64,000 nt of DNA from Phyllobates terribilis (Eukaryota). Under the pieces are notes generated by a model. The model did no database searches, was not told where the DNA came from, and saw nothing but the letters and a program-made list of their open reading frames with translations. Below, in pieces: positions 32,037 through 45,209 of this stretch. A program made the translations under genes and the position numbers. Numbering within the stretch: the first letter of the stretch is position 1; every line of letters starts with the position of its first letter. The stretch covers positions 264,926,001 to 264,990,000 of the forward strand of contig NW_027362767.1 in NCBI RefSeq assembly GCF_046119375.1. Direction: 5' to 3'.

Positions 32037-34890
32037 CGCCCCATAATAATGTCAGCCAAAATACCCCCATAATAATGTCTGCCACAGTGCGCCCATAATA
32101 ATGTCTGCCACAGTGCGCCCATAATAATGTCTGCCACAGTGCCCCCATAATAATGTCTGCCACAGTGCCCCCATAATAATGTCTGCCACAGTGCCCCCAT
32201 AATAATGTCTGCCACAGTGCCCCCATAATAATGTCTGCCACAGTACCCCCATAATAATATAAGCCAAAATACCCCCATAATAATGTCTGCCACAGTACCC
32301 CCATAATAATATAAGCCAAAATACCCCCATAATAATGTCAGTCACAATGCCCCCATAATAATGTCAGCCACAATGCCCCATAATAATGTCATCCACAATG
32401 ACCCCATAATAATGTCAGCCACAATGCTCCATAATAATGTCAGCCACAGTGCCCCCATAATAATGTCAGCCACAATGACCCTATAATAATGTCAGCCACA
32501 ATGACCCCATAATAATGTCAGCCACAATGACCCTATAATAATGTCAGCCACAATGACCCCATAATAATGTCAGCCACAATGCCCCCATAATAATGTCAGT
32601 CACAATGCCCCCATAATAATGTCAGCCACAATGCCCCATAATAATGTCATCCACAATGCCCCCATAATAATGTCATCCACAATGCCCCATAATAATGTCA
32701 TCCACAATGCCCCCATAATAATGTCATCCACAATGCCCCCATAATAATGTCAGCCACAATGCCCCCATAATAATGTCATCCACAATGCTCCATAATAATG
32801 TCAGTCACAATGCCCCCATAATAATGTCATCCACAATGCCCCCATAATAATGTCATCCACAATGCCCCCATAATAATGTCAGCCACAATGACCCCATAAT
32901 AATGTCAGTCACAATGCCCCATAATAATGTCAGCCACAATGCCCCCATAATAATGTCAGCCACAATGCCCCCATAATAATGTCATCCACAATGACCCCAT
33001 AATAATGTCAGTCACAATGCCCCATAATAATGTCATCCACAATGACCCCATAATAATGTCAGCCACAGTGCCCCCATAATAATGTCAGCCACAATGCCCC
33101 ATAATAATGTCATCCACAATGCCCCCATAATAATGTCATCCACAATGACCCTATAATAATGTCATCCACAATGCCCCCATAATAATGTCATCCACAATGA
33201 CCCTATAATAATGTCAGCCACAATGCCCCATAATAATGTCAGCCACAATGCCCCATAATAATGTCAGCCACAATGCCCCATAATAATGTCATCCACAATG
33301 ACCCCATAATAATGTCATCCACAATGACCCCATAATAATGTCATCCACAATGCTCCATAATAATTTCATCCACAATGCCCCCATAATAATGTCAGCCACA
33401 ATGCCCCCATGATAATGTCAGCCACAATGCCCCATAATAATGTCATCCACAATGACCCCATAATAATATCAGCCACAGTGCCCCCATAATAATGTCAGCC
33501 ACAGTGCCCCCATAAAATTGTCAGCCACAGTGCCCCATAATAATGTCATCCACAATGCCCCCATAATAATGTCATCCACAATGCCCCCATAATAATGTCA
33601 TCCACAATGCCCCCATAATAATGTCATCCACAATGACCCCATAATAATGTCATCCACAATGCCCCCATAATAATGTCATCCACAATGACCCCATAATAAT
33701 GTCAGCCACAGTGCCCCCATAATAATGTCATCCACAATGACCCCATAATAATGTCAGCCACAGTGCCCCATAATAATGTCATCCACAATGACCCCATAAT
33801 AATGTCAGCCACAGTGCCCCCATAATAATGTCATCCACAATGCTCCATAATAATTTCATCCACAATGCCCCCATAATAATGTCAGCCACAATGCCCCCAT
33901 AATAATGTCATCCACAATGACCCCATAATAATGTCATCCACAATGCCCCATAATAATGTCATCCACAATGACCCCATAATAATGTCATCCACAATGCCCC
34001 ATAATAATGTCATCCACAATGACCCCATAATAATGTCAGCCACAATGCCCCCATAATAATGTCAGCCACAGTGCCCCCATAATAATGTCATCCACAATGA
34101 CCCCATAATAATGTCATCCACAATGCCCCATAATAATGTCATCCACAATGACCCCATAATAATGTCAGCCACAGTGCCCCCATAATAATGTCATCCACAA
34201 TGCTCCATAATAATTTCATCCACAATGCCCCCATAATAATGTCAGCCACAATGCCCCCATAATAATGTCAGCCACAATGCCCCATAATAATGTCATCCAC
34301 AATGACCCCATAATAATGTCAGCCACAGTGCCCCCATAATATTGTCAGCCACAGTGCCCCATAATAATGTCATCCACAATGACCCCATAATAATGTCAGC
34401 CACAGTGCCCCATAATAATGTCATCCACAATGACCCCATAATAATGTCATCCACAATGACCCCATAATAATGTCATCCACAATGCCCCATAATAATGTCA
34501 TCCACAATGCCCCCATAATAATGTCATCCACAATGCCCCCATAATAATGTCATCCACAATGCCCCCATAATAATGTCATCCACAATGCCCCCATAATAAT
34601 GTCAGTCACAATGCCCCCATAATAATGTCAGCCACAATGCCCCCATAATAATGTCAGCCACAATGACCCCATAATAATGTCAGTCACAATGCTCCATAAT
34701 AATGTCAGCCACAGTGCCCCCATAATAATGTCATCCACAATGCCCCCATAATAATGTAAGCCACAATGCCCCCATAATAATGTAAGCCACAATGCCCCCA
34801 TAATAATGTAAGCCACAATGCCCCATAATAATGTCATCCACAATGCCCCCATAATAATGTCAGCCATGGTGCCCCCATAATGATGTCGGC
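32037..34890. repeat. 23-24-bp minisatellite, ~2.9 kb, immediately upstream of the UAP1L1 promoter
   Basis: Unit CCCATAATAATGTCA(G/T)CCACA(A/G)TG(A/C)C. Confidence 0.98.
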
Positions 34891-36420
34891 CATAGCTCCA
34901 CCACATCATACAGAGGTGATCCCCTGTTCTCATCAGGCCATGACGGTCATCTCTTCTTAGCGGAGATGTCACCTGATAATTCGCCTCGGTTACTGTCCTG
35001 TGGGAGAGGTGCTGGCGTTCCATACACCTGACACACACACACGCGTGACCCGACACACACAAGCACACACGCGTGACCCGACACACGCGCCCACACAAGT
35101 GACCTGACACACACAGGACGACGCACGGTTTTAGGGTTATTCCTGGATTTGGGGAGGTAATCGTCTCCACTTATACATAACGTTTTTCTTGTTTGCGTTG
35201 AATATGAGCTTTCACATCCCTGTTTTGCTGTGAATACTGGGGTCTTTGTGCAGCTGTGCGGTGAGGATTGTGGGGGGCGCTGCCAACATCCGCCCTGAGC
35301 AAACATTCCCTGCTCAGTGCGGCCACTGTGCCCCAGGGCAGGCACCAGGACGGACACGCGTCTTCTACAGAAAACATGTTTTGCAGGTCAGATTCAATAG
35401 GTACATAATGTACAAGATGGATTTAAGCAGGAACTCCACAGTATAAATCATCTGTGTCTTCTATTCCATTCACACCTAAAGCTTTTTGCTGATTTCCTGT
35501 TCTGCAATGCATTGTGGGAGCTCTTTAAAAGTGAACTGTTTGGTCATATGTCTAACAAAGGGGTGGAGCTAAACTACCGTTTTCCAAAGGTGACCAGGAG
35601 TATTTTTTAATGCAGCTCTTTATGTGACTAGAGGAAGGACATAAAGTTACTTCATTTTTTATGTACATTTAATCAGTATAAGATGGCTAATGGTCGCATA
35701 GTCGATGGGAGGTATGTGTCACAGAGATGGCTGTCCTCTGTGATGTAACCCAGAGTGTTTCTCTAGTGCATGTGAGCACTAAGAGGCTGTTTGGTGCATC
35801 TGGGACCGGGTTATGGGTAGCTTGGAGAGTTGGGCGGGTCTAGCTACCCACATTCCTCACCTCTGGGTGTGGTTAACAGCCTATAAAATGGAGGCTGTTG
35901 TTTAGCACATGGTCTGTGCGTCTGGAGGGAGAAGGCTTCCTGTGTGTGGTTGTCTCCAGACTGGGCCGTGTACTGGATGCTACACAGCCTATGTGACCAC
36001 AGGACTGGCTAACCAGTGACTTTGCTCAAAGGATTGTTTTCTTTGTTTTTTCTTCACTAAAGGTTGTTTGTTTGCATTTTGCTTTTGACAAGTTTATGAA
36101 GCAAATAACCCATTATGGACATTTAAAGGAACATGCCTCCTGTTTGCCTCACACCGCACTCAAGTGAGTACAATCCCTACAGTTGGTGTTAGCAGTGCGG
36201 GCAGCATTCCCAGCACATACAGGAAGGACTGCATGTCCTTGGTGAACTCTGCCACAAGTCAGCAAGCGACGGCGGACAAAATGGAGGACCTGCTAAAACA
36301 CTTAGTCCAGTCACAGCAGCAGGAGACCAACAGGTTGTTGTTATAGCAGATCCAGCAGGATCAGCAGCAGCCGATGTAGCTTCTAGCAACCACCATCCAG
36401 AGCAGGACGAGCGTCCCAAC

Positions 36421-37828
36421 TAGTGATGAGCGAGCACTAAAATGCTCGGGTGCTCGAAGCTCGGGCCGAGCACATCGTGATACTCGGGTGCTCGACCCGA
36501 GCAACGAGCCCAATGTAAGTCTATGGGAAGCTCGAGCATTTTTCTGGCGGTCCCCCCGGTGGTCTGCAGAAGGTCAAAAATTGCCCAAATCGATGGGAAC
36601 AGTGCACGATGAAACATGTCAGGCAGGCAGAATATATAGGCAGACAGGCAGGCGGGGTATATAGGAGGGTGCATGAAAAACATAGCAGGGCACTCGGAAC
36701 ACACTAGTGCCCTCCGATTTTCACGCACCCATCTCTTTAAAAAAGCCGGGAATTCAGCGGCCGCATACAGTTATAACATCGGTACTCGACAATTTAGAAC
36801 AGAAAGAATAGAGCATCACACATAGATTAGATAGATAGACACATATCAGTCACATATATAATAAGTACAGTGACAGTGTTGGTTAATGTACTTGTCATTT
36901 AGTGTTAAAATAAAGGATTTATTTAAAAAAAAAATTGGCATGGGGTTCTCCGTAATTTTCGTCTCTAGCGGGGGTTAAGCAGACGGCTGGGGCAGATGTT
37001 AAAGCCTGGGAAGGGGGTAATACCCACGGAGCTTCCCAGGTCACTAATATCAGCCCCCAGCTGAATACCTAGCCTTTACTAGCTATCAAAATGGGGGACC
37101 CCAAAAAAAATGACGTGGGGTCCCCCTATTTTAATAGCTAGCAAAGGCTAGGCAGACAGCTGGGGGCTGATATTAATAGCCCAGGAAGGGTGCCATGAAT
37201 ATTGGCCCCCTCCCAGGCTAGAAACACCAGCCCTCAGCCGCCCCAGAAATGGCGCATCCATAGGATGTGCCCATAGGATGTGCCAATTCTGGCACTTAGC
37301 CTCGCTCTTCCCACTGCCCTGTAGCGGAGGCAGTGGGGTAATAGGACTGGGGTTGATGTCAGCTTATAATGACAGCTGACATCAAGCCCAGGTCAGTAAT
37401 GGGGAGCCGTCTATAAGACGACCCCATTACTAATCCCATAGTGAAAGTGAAAAAAACACCAACACCCAGAATAAAATCTTTTAATTGAAATAAACACACA
37501 ATACTTTAATATTCTAAATTAAACTCTACTTACTATTATACCCATTCCAGCTGAAGCCAATGTCTCCTGCAATAAAAGTAAAATAATTAACAAATCTCAT
37601 CCCTACCTTTCCATGGTTCCCACGACGGCTCCAGCTCTGCTACATTAAGATGGCAGGCTGGATCGTAGCAGAACGCTGACATCCAGCTTGCCATGCCGCA
37701 GAGACACTGACAAGCCTTGCGCTCCTCAGTGTCTCGCTGTGACCGGCATCCAGATAAACTCAGCTCACCTCATGCACGTCACTGACAGCGTGGGAGAATT
37801 CTCCTGCGCCTGCGGTGCCTTCAAATGA
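36421..37828. mobile_element. Non-autonomous hAT-family element fragment nested in the Gypsy gag region
   Basis: Begins TAGTGATGAGCGAGCACTAAAATGCTCGGG; about 200 bp are homologous to the terminus of the hAT element at 59306. No matching right end found. Confidence 0.65.
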
Positions 37829-40666
37829 CGTGTTACGAAAGTGAGGGAGGAGATTGTGGAACAGTTATTGATGCTGTCAGGCAAAATGTATTTTTGTCCT
37901 AGTTTTAAAAATGAGAGATGTCTTAAATCTCCACCCCCTGCTCATTTGGAAGAGGCTACATAGAACTCACTCTTGCTTCCCCCCTAACAAGGAATTTTTA
38001 TTTCCGCCATAAAACGTCAGCAAGCATACTGGTATACCCTGGATTTTCCCTCCAGTCCTATTGTTTAACTGTACAAACTTTTAATGTCGATTTTAATAAT
38101 GCCCATGACTGTCACAAACACAGGGACCACATTTTTGAGATGTTCACATTTTTCCAATTGTGATGGTGTGGTTTTTGTGGCTGGAAGACCACCAGGAACC
38201 TGGGAACTGGGTTCTGAGCTTCTAAGCATCATAGAGATATCATATTTGATATCCATCTTCATGAATAGTGGTGACGGCAATCATGATGTCTCCATCTTGG
38301 ATGTGGGACCCCCCCATACCAAGATATGAAATCTGAAGGATTTTTATGTCTTATGCAACTGGGTGGGTTCACAAAACCGAGCCCCCATGTGAGGTAAACA
38401 ACATGGGTGTCTCCTAGAGTTTTGGCCCCTTACTAAAAACCAGAACGGCCATTTTACTTCATTCTTACCCGGGACGTCAGACGCATGCACTCCTCGCTGC
38501 GTGGAAGAATCACATTCAATTTCCGGGGAGCCGTCCCCTGCACAGAATCTGAGACCATCACCTCGTGGCGCAGGTTTTGCTATTATTTTCCCCTTTTATT
38601 TTAATAACTGTTTTATGCATATATGTAAATTGTCTCTTTTATAATATCTTGTATATCTTTTGTAAACACTGCCCACTTTTGGGAGTAAATCATTATTATT
38701 TACCAGCTTTGTTCTTCTTGTCCTATGTCGAGCAAACACGTTCCTCACCCGCTAATTCACGTTACCTAACGGGTACCCGATCCACCTGTTAAGCGATCGG
38801 TGGTGGCAGTATACCAGTATTTATGTGATATTGTGGTTTGAGGGTGGCTGGACGGAGGTATATATACTTTCCTGGAAGGAACTGGTGGTATATATACAGT
38901 ACAGACCAAAAGTTTGGACACACCTTCTCATTTAAAGATTTTTCTGTATTTTCATGACTATGAAAATTGTACATTCACATTGAAGGCATCAAAACTATAA
39001 ATTAACACATGTGGAAATATATACTTAACAAAAAAGTGTGAAACAACTGAAAATATGTGTTATATTCTTGGTTCTTCAAAGTAGCCACCTTTTGCTTTGA
39101 TGACTGCTTTGCACACTCTTGGCATTCTCTTGATGAGCTTCAAGAGGTAGTCACTGGAAATGGCTTTCACTTCACATGTGTGCCCTGTCAGGTTTAATAA
39201 GCGGGATTTCTTGCCTTATAAATGGGGTTGGGACCATCAGTTGTGTTGAGCAGAAGTCTGGTGGATACACAGCTGATAGTCCTACTGAATAGACTATTAG
39301 TATTTGTATTATGGCAAGAAAAAAGTAGCTAAGTAAAGAAAAACGAGTGGCCATCATTACTTTAAGAAATGAAGGACAGTCAGTGCGAAAAATTGGGAAA
39401 ACTTTGAAAGTGTCCCCAAGTGCAGTCGCAAAAAACATCAAGCACTACAAAGAAACTGGCTCACATGAGGACCGCCCCATGAAAGGAAGACCAAGAGTCA
39501 CCTCTGCTTCTGAGAATAAGTTTATCCGAGTCACCAGCCTCAGAAATCGCAGGCTAACAGCAGCTCAGATTAGAGACCAGATCAATGCCACACAGAGTTC
39601 TAGCAGCAGACACATCTCTACAACTGTTAAGAGGAGACTTTGTGCAGCAGGCGTTCATGGTAAAATAGCTGCTAGGAAACCACTGCTAAGGACAGGCAAC
39701 AAGCAGAAGAGACTTGTTTGGGCTAAAGAACACAAGGAATGGATAGACCAGTGGAAATCTGTGCTTTGGTCTGATGAGTCCAAATTTGAGATCTTTGGTT
39801 CCAACCACCGTGTCTTTGTGCGACGCAGAAAAGGTGAACGGATGGACTCTACATGCCTGGTTCCCACTGTGAAGCATGGAGGGGGAGGTGTGATGGTGTG
39901 GGGATGCTTTGCTGGTGACACTGTTGGGGATTTATTCAAAATTGAAGGCATACTGAACCAGCATGGCTACCACAGCATCTTGCAGCGGCATGCTATTCCA
40001 TCCGGTTTGCGTTTAGTTGGACCATCATTTATTTTTCAACAGGACAATGACCTCAAACACACCTCCAGGCTCTGTAAGGGCTATTTCACCAAGAAGGAGA
40101 GTGATGGGGTGCTACGCCAGATGACCTGGCCTCCACAGTCACCAGACCTGAACCCAATCGAGATGGTTTGGTGTGAGCTGGACCGCAGAGTGAAGGCAAA
40201 AGGGCCAACAAGTGCTAAGCATCTCTGGGAACTCCTTCAAGATTGTTGGAAGACCATTTCCGGTGACTACCTCTTGAAGCTCATCAAGAGAATGCCAAGA
40301 GTGTGCAAGGCAGTCATCAAAGCAAAAGGTAGCTACTTTGAAGAACCTAGAATATAAGACATATTTTCAGTTGTTTCACACTTTTTTGTTAAGTATATAA
40401 TTCCACATGTGTTAATTCACAGTTTTGATGTCTTCAGTGTGAATGTACAATTTTCTTAGTCATGAAAATACAGAAAAATCTTTAAATGAGAAGGTGTGTC
40501 CAAACTTTTGGTCTGTACTGTACGTCCTGTCACATCACGTGCCACAATAGTCGACATAAATTAGAGCTGCTGCGCCCGTGCTTATCCTTGGTCAATACCG
40601 TGTTTGACCAGCAGGATAAGGGGGCACCAGAGGGCTGCAAGGTCTGACCAAGTGTGTTTTCGTGAC
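37829..40666. mobile_element. LTR-like segment (TGTTACG...CGTGACA) carrying a Tc1 insertion
   Basis: Inverted terminal motif typical of LTRs, but no target-site duplication; identity uncertain. Confidence 0.4.
38897..40520 (+). mobile_element. Full-length Tc1 transposon with a near-intact DD34E transposase
   Basis: TA|CAGTACAGACCAAAAGTTTGG ... CCAAACTTTTGGTCTGTACTG|TA with ~200-bp TIRs. ATG at 39311, TAG at codon 6 (39326-39328), then open to 40357; WSDESKF, QQDNDLKH, SPDLNPIEMVW. Confidence 0.97.
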
Positions 40667-43600
40667 AGGTGCCGGGGCCCTGTAGATGGAGGGTGTTAAA
40701 CATGGCCCATTCACATATCTTGTGGGGACATCTGGGAGTGGAAAAAACGCAGGAACGGATCGTGCAGAGGTTCTATTGGCCCGGGTGTCACCGGGAAATA
40801 TTAAGATATTGCAGGTCCTGCCCTATGTGCCAGTTAACTGCCCCCACCTCTCACTTTCGAAGTCCCCTTCGTGCCATTGCCCATTATTGAAGTACCATCC
40901 GAGAGAATTTCTATGGACTTGGACGGTCCCCTGGTTAAATATGCTCGTGGGCATCAATATATATTGGCCATCTTGGACTATGCCACCCGCTATCCTGAAG
41001 CAATGCATCTGAGAAACTCCTCCGCCAAGAGTATAGCTCGGGAGTTAGTCCACGTTTTGTCCCGGACATGGTTGCCAAAGGAGATCCTGAACAACCAGGG
41101 AACACCTTTTATGAGTAAGGTGATGAGGGAATTGTGCAAGGTCCTGCAAATCTCCCAACTTAGAACGTCAGTATACCATCGTCAGACAGATGGCCTCGTG
41201 GAGAGGTTTAACAAAAATCTGAAGAGTATGCTTTGGAAGTCCATAGAAAAGGACGGCAGAGACTGGGACTGTCTCCTGCCGTATCTGTTCTCTATCCGAG
41301 AGGTTCCACAGGCCTCTACTGGGTTCTCGCCATTTGAACTCTTGTATGGCTGACATCCGCGGGGTCTCCTGGATGTCGCAAAGGAAACCTGGGAAGCCGA
41401 GGTCATTCCCCACAGGAGCGTCATCGAGCATGTCGCCCTGATACAGGAGAGAATTGCAAAGGTGATGCCCATCGTAAAAGATCATCTCGCCCAGGCACAG
41501 GAGGCGCAGGCCAGGGTCTACAACCGGTCAGCCAGAGTGCGGCTGTTCAATCCTGGTGACAGAGTCCTCGTCTTGATTCCTACTGTGGAAACTAAGTTTT
41601 TGGCCAAGTGGCAAGGGCCGTATAAATTGGTGGAAAAGGGTGGTGGAGTGAACTACAAGATTCATCAACCAGGACGACGTAAGCCATAGCAGATATACCA
41701 CGTCAGCCTCATCAAGCCGTGGCAAGACAGAGAGGCGGTTGAAGCTCCATGCTTGCTGGTCAAACCAGAAGGTGAGGTTGGAGGAGTCACCATAGCGGAG
41801 ACGCTAACAAAAGTCCAAAAACAGCAGTGTCGGGAGTTGCTGCAGAAGAACAGGGATCTGTTCTCGGAATTGCCGGGCTGCACAAGGGTCATAGAACACG
41901 AGGTTCTGACGGAGCCACATGTGCGGGTGAACTTGAAGCCCTATCGGATACCTGAGGCCCGACAAGAGTTGATCTCCAAAGAGGTGGCTTGTATGCTAAA
42001 ACTCGGAGTCAATGAAGAATCCAAGAGCGATTGGTCGAGCCCAATGGTGAATGGAGATTCTGCAATGACTATCGGAAGTTGAATGAGGTCTCCAAATTTG
42101 ACGCATATCCCATGTCACGCGTCAATGAGCTGATCGAGAGACTTGGGCCAGCAAGGTACATAACCACCTTGGATTTGATGAAGGGATATTGGCAGATCTC
42201 CATTGCACAGGGAGCTAAAGAGAAGACTGCTTTTTCTACGCCGGACGGATGCTTCCAGTATGTCCTGATGCCGTTTGGGAAACAGGGGTCCCCTGCCACC
42301 TTACAGAGAGCCATGGATCGAATCCTTGCACCCCATAAGAAATACCGCCACAGCATACCTAGATGATATTGTTATCTTCAGCCCAGACTGGGAGAGTCAT
42401 CTGGAAAAGGTCCAGGCGGTGTTTGATGCTCTAAAGAAGACGGGGTTTTCAATAAACCCAAAAAATGTGCCATGGGAAAAGAAGAAGCCAAATACCTGGG
42501 TTATGTAGTGGGTAGATGCAAGATCAAACCCTAAATCAGCAAAGTGGAGGCAATCCAAACCTAGCCGAGACCGCTGTCAAAAAAACAGTTTACAGCCTTC
42601 CTGGGGATTGTGGGATACTCCATGAGGTTCATCCCAAACTTCGCCATAATGGCTGCACCCCTGACTGACCTCCTTAAGGGGACAAAATCAGTTATGGCCA
42701 AGTGAACTGCAGAGACGGAGACAGCCTTTCAAGAAATGAAAGTGGCTCTGTGTAGGCAACTGGTTCTGGTAGCCTCTGACTTTAAGAAAGAATTTGTACT
42801 CCAAGCGGACGCCTCAGATGTCTGTTTGGGAGCGGTCCTTTCCCGGGACATTCACGGGGAGGAGCACCCTGTTCTCTCTACCTGAGTAGGAAGCTGTCCT
42901 CATGTGAGAGGAATTATTTGGTTATAGAAAAGGTTGGTTGGCCATAAAGTGGGCGGTGGACACGTTACGGTACTATCTGTTAGAACGTAAGTTTAGATTG
43001 GTATCCGACCATGCCCTACTCAGATGGATGAGGGAAACAAAGGGTAAAAATGCTAGGGTCACCCGCTGGTTTTTAGCTCTACAGGATTTCAATTTACACG
43101 TAGAACATAGGGCATGGAAGCTACGTGATAATGCCGATGCCCTCTCGAGAATCCCTTGTCTAGTGGTAGAAGGTGCCAAGCCCCACGGCTTTAGGCAGAG
43201 GGGGGAGGTATGTAAGGTGGCTAATGGTCGCATAGTCGATGGGAGGTATGTGTCACAGAGATGGCTGTCCTCTGTGATGCAGCCCGGAGTGTTTCTCTAG
43301 TGCACGTGAGCACTAAGAGGCTGTTTGGTGCATCTGGGACTGGGTTATGGGTAGCTTGGAGAGTTGGGCTGGTCCAGCTACCCACATACCTGACCTCTGG
43401 GTGTGGTTAACAGCCTATAAAATGGAGACTTTTGTTTAGCACATGGTCTGTGTGTCTGGAGGGAGAAGGCCTCCTGTGTGTGGTTGTCTCCAGACTGGGC
43501 TGTGTACTGGATGCTACACCAGCCTATGTGACCACAGGACTGGCTAACCAAAGACTTTGCTAAAAGGACTGCTTTCTTTGTTTTTGCCTGCACTAAAGGT

Positions 43601-44999
43601 TGTTTGTTTGCATTTTGCTTTTGACCAGTTTATGAAGCAAATAAACTGTTATGGACATTTAAAGGAACATGCCTCCTGTTTGCTTCACACCGCACTCAAG
43701 TGAGTACAATCCCTACACCAGGTAATGTACTGAAGCTCGGGGGGGGCGCCTCCACTGGAGGAAATGCCTTAGAGGTAAGGGGCCGCCGTGAGACCGCCAC
43801 TGAAAATGTGCTAGAATGTGGATGACTGGAGGGAAGACAATAATACCTACTGCACAATATTGCTGATGGGGGTCTCCAAATATGCATCCATATTGGACCC
43901 CAGGTCGACTTGTCACACCACTGGGAATCTGTATATCAATCTCTTTATTTCAGCTCACAATATATTCAGCATTATACTAAATATTTGCGCAGTTCAGCGA
44001 GCAAGCAGCGTAATAATCAGCGGCGATTAATATGACAAAATGTGCAGCACATGGACATCGATACTAATACAACATCACTCTTACAGGCGGCATTATCTAT
44101 CGACTGCTGAGATATTAGTGCTCTGTGCATTAAAGGGGTTGTCCTGCACATAAGGAGGGTCCAACACTAGATCTGGTGTATGGAGCTGGTACAGCACAGC
44201 GCCGTACACTGTGTAGTGGCCTTTCTCGGTACTGCACCTCAGTTTTTATTGAAGTAATTGTTATATGAGCTACAGTAACGAAAATGGCCACTGCACAGTG
44301 TACGGGGCTGTGCTATTTCATATAGGCTCAGTTACCCTTAAAAACAACAGACAAACTGCGGTTTACTTACCCTTCCAGGTTCAACATTATGTGTCCGGTG
44401 CTGCCCCGTTTTCTGTTGTTTGGGTGCAGCAGTGTGTCACATTGTGACGCAGCCAATCAATGAGCCCAATAACCCGGGGAGGGGGAATAAAGCTCAGTTT
44501 ATTTTTTTGCTCACGGGCAAAAGTTGTTTTGAAAGGGGACAATTCCTTTAATGTAACATTGGGTAAAAGTTGCCAAAGCTGCCGAATTAGAAGTTTGGGA
44601 CCAACATCCATAAAATGAAAAAATAGTGTCCCCATCCTGGCTGATGATGGGAGCTGTAGTTTTGTAACATTCATTAGTTGGGGGACTCTGCGCCCACTTA
44701 CTCATCACTATATACCTAGGGACCTGGAAAAGATGGAATAGCAGCCATATTAGATGCTACCCAGCTTCCGAAAACAGATAAAGAATTGGGTGATTTTCGG
44801 TTCCTACTTGACAGCATGGCGAGCCTGGGTGACAGATATTGGGGAGAGCAGAGATTATTTGGGTTGTTTTGTAGTGTTCTCGGCTATACATTCACTATAA
44901 TGGCTACGAACGCGAGGGTTGGGGGATCATAACACACCTATTCCCGTCACTGCCATTTAATTATTCTATCAGTCCCCACATCACGGCCCTCTCTTTCTT

Positions 45000-45209
45000 T
45001 CACAGCTTGGTGGTCTTCTGCAGGTAGATGGTGCTCTGCTTTTGCACGTAAGGGTTGGAGTATCCCTCCTTGTTGGTCGTCCTGAGGCACCTTCGGATAA
45101 AAAGCAGAACGACGTCCAGCAGCAACTCGAAGAACTCCGCCAAGGTGCAAACAGAGAAGCCCACCCACAGGCCCACCAAGCCCCCCATGTTAGAGATGAG
45201 GTTGATTTC
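45000..45209 (-). CDS. DEG/ENaC-like exon 11 (TM2 and C-terminus)
   Basis: TTTTTGCAG acceptor; EINLISNMGGLVGLWVGFSVCTLAEFFEL...KTTKL*. Confidence 0.95.
   Translation of the reverse strand, partial: EINLISNMGGLVGLWVGFSVCTLAEFFELLLDVVLLFIRRCLRTTNKEGYSNPYVQKQSTIYLQKTTKL

Larger units (their letters stand above)
35677..43717 (+). mobile_element. Ty3/Gypsy (Gmr1-like, INT before RT) LTR retrotransposon, decayed, with nested insertions
   Basis: 5' LTR 35677-36181 and 3' LTR 43211-43717 (homologous, ~505 bp). PBS-like TGGTGTTAGCAGTG after the 5' LTR; purine tract GGCAGAGGGGGGAGG before the 3' LTR; flanks TCAG/CCAG. Integrase (GHLGVEKT..RFYWP..C..C; SMDLDGP; TDGLVERFN) at 40669-41700; RT (DAYPM..LDLMKGYWQ; AYLDDIV) at ~41900-42550; RNase H (AIKWAVDTLRYYL) to ~43150. 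Confidence 0.93.

Noticed and set aside
31873-35170. ORFs with repeated ADIIMGALWQTLLWG
   Set aside because: Translations of the 23-24-bp minisatellite.
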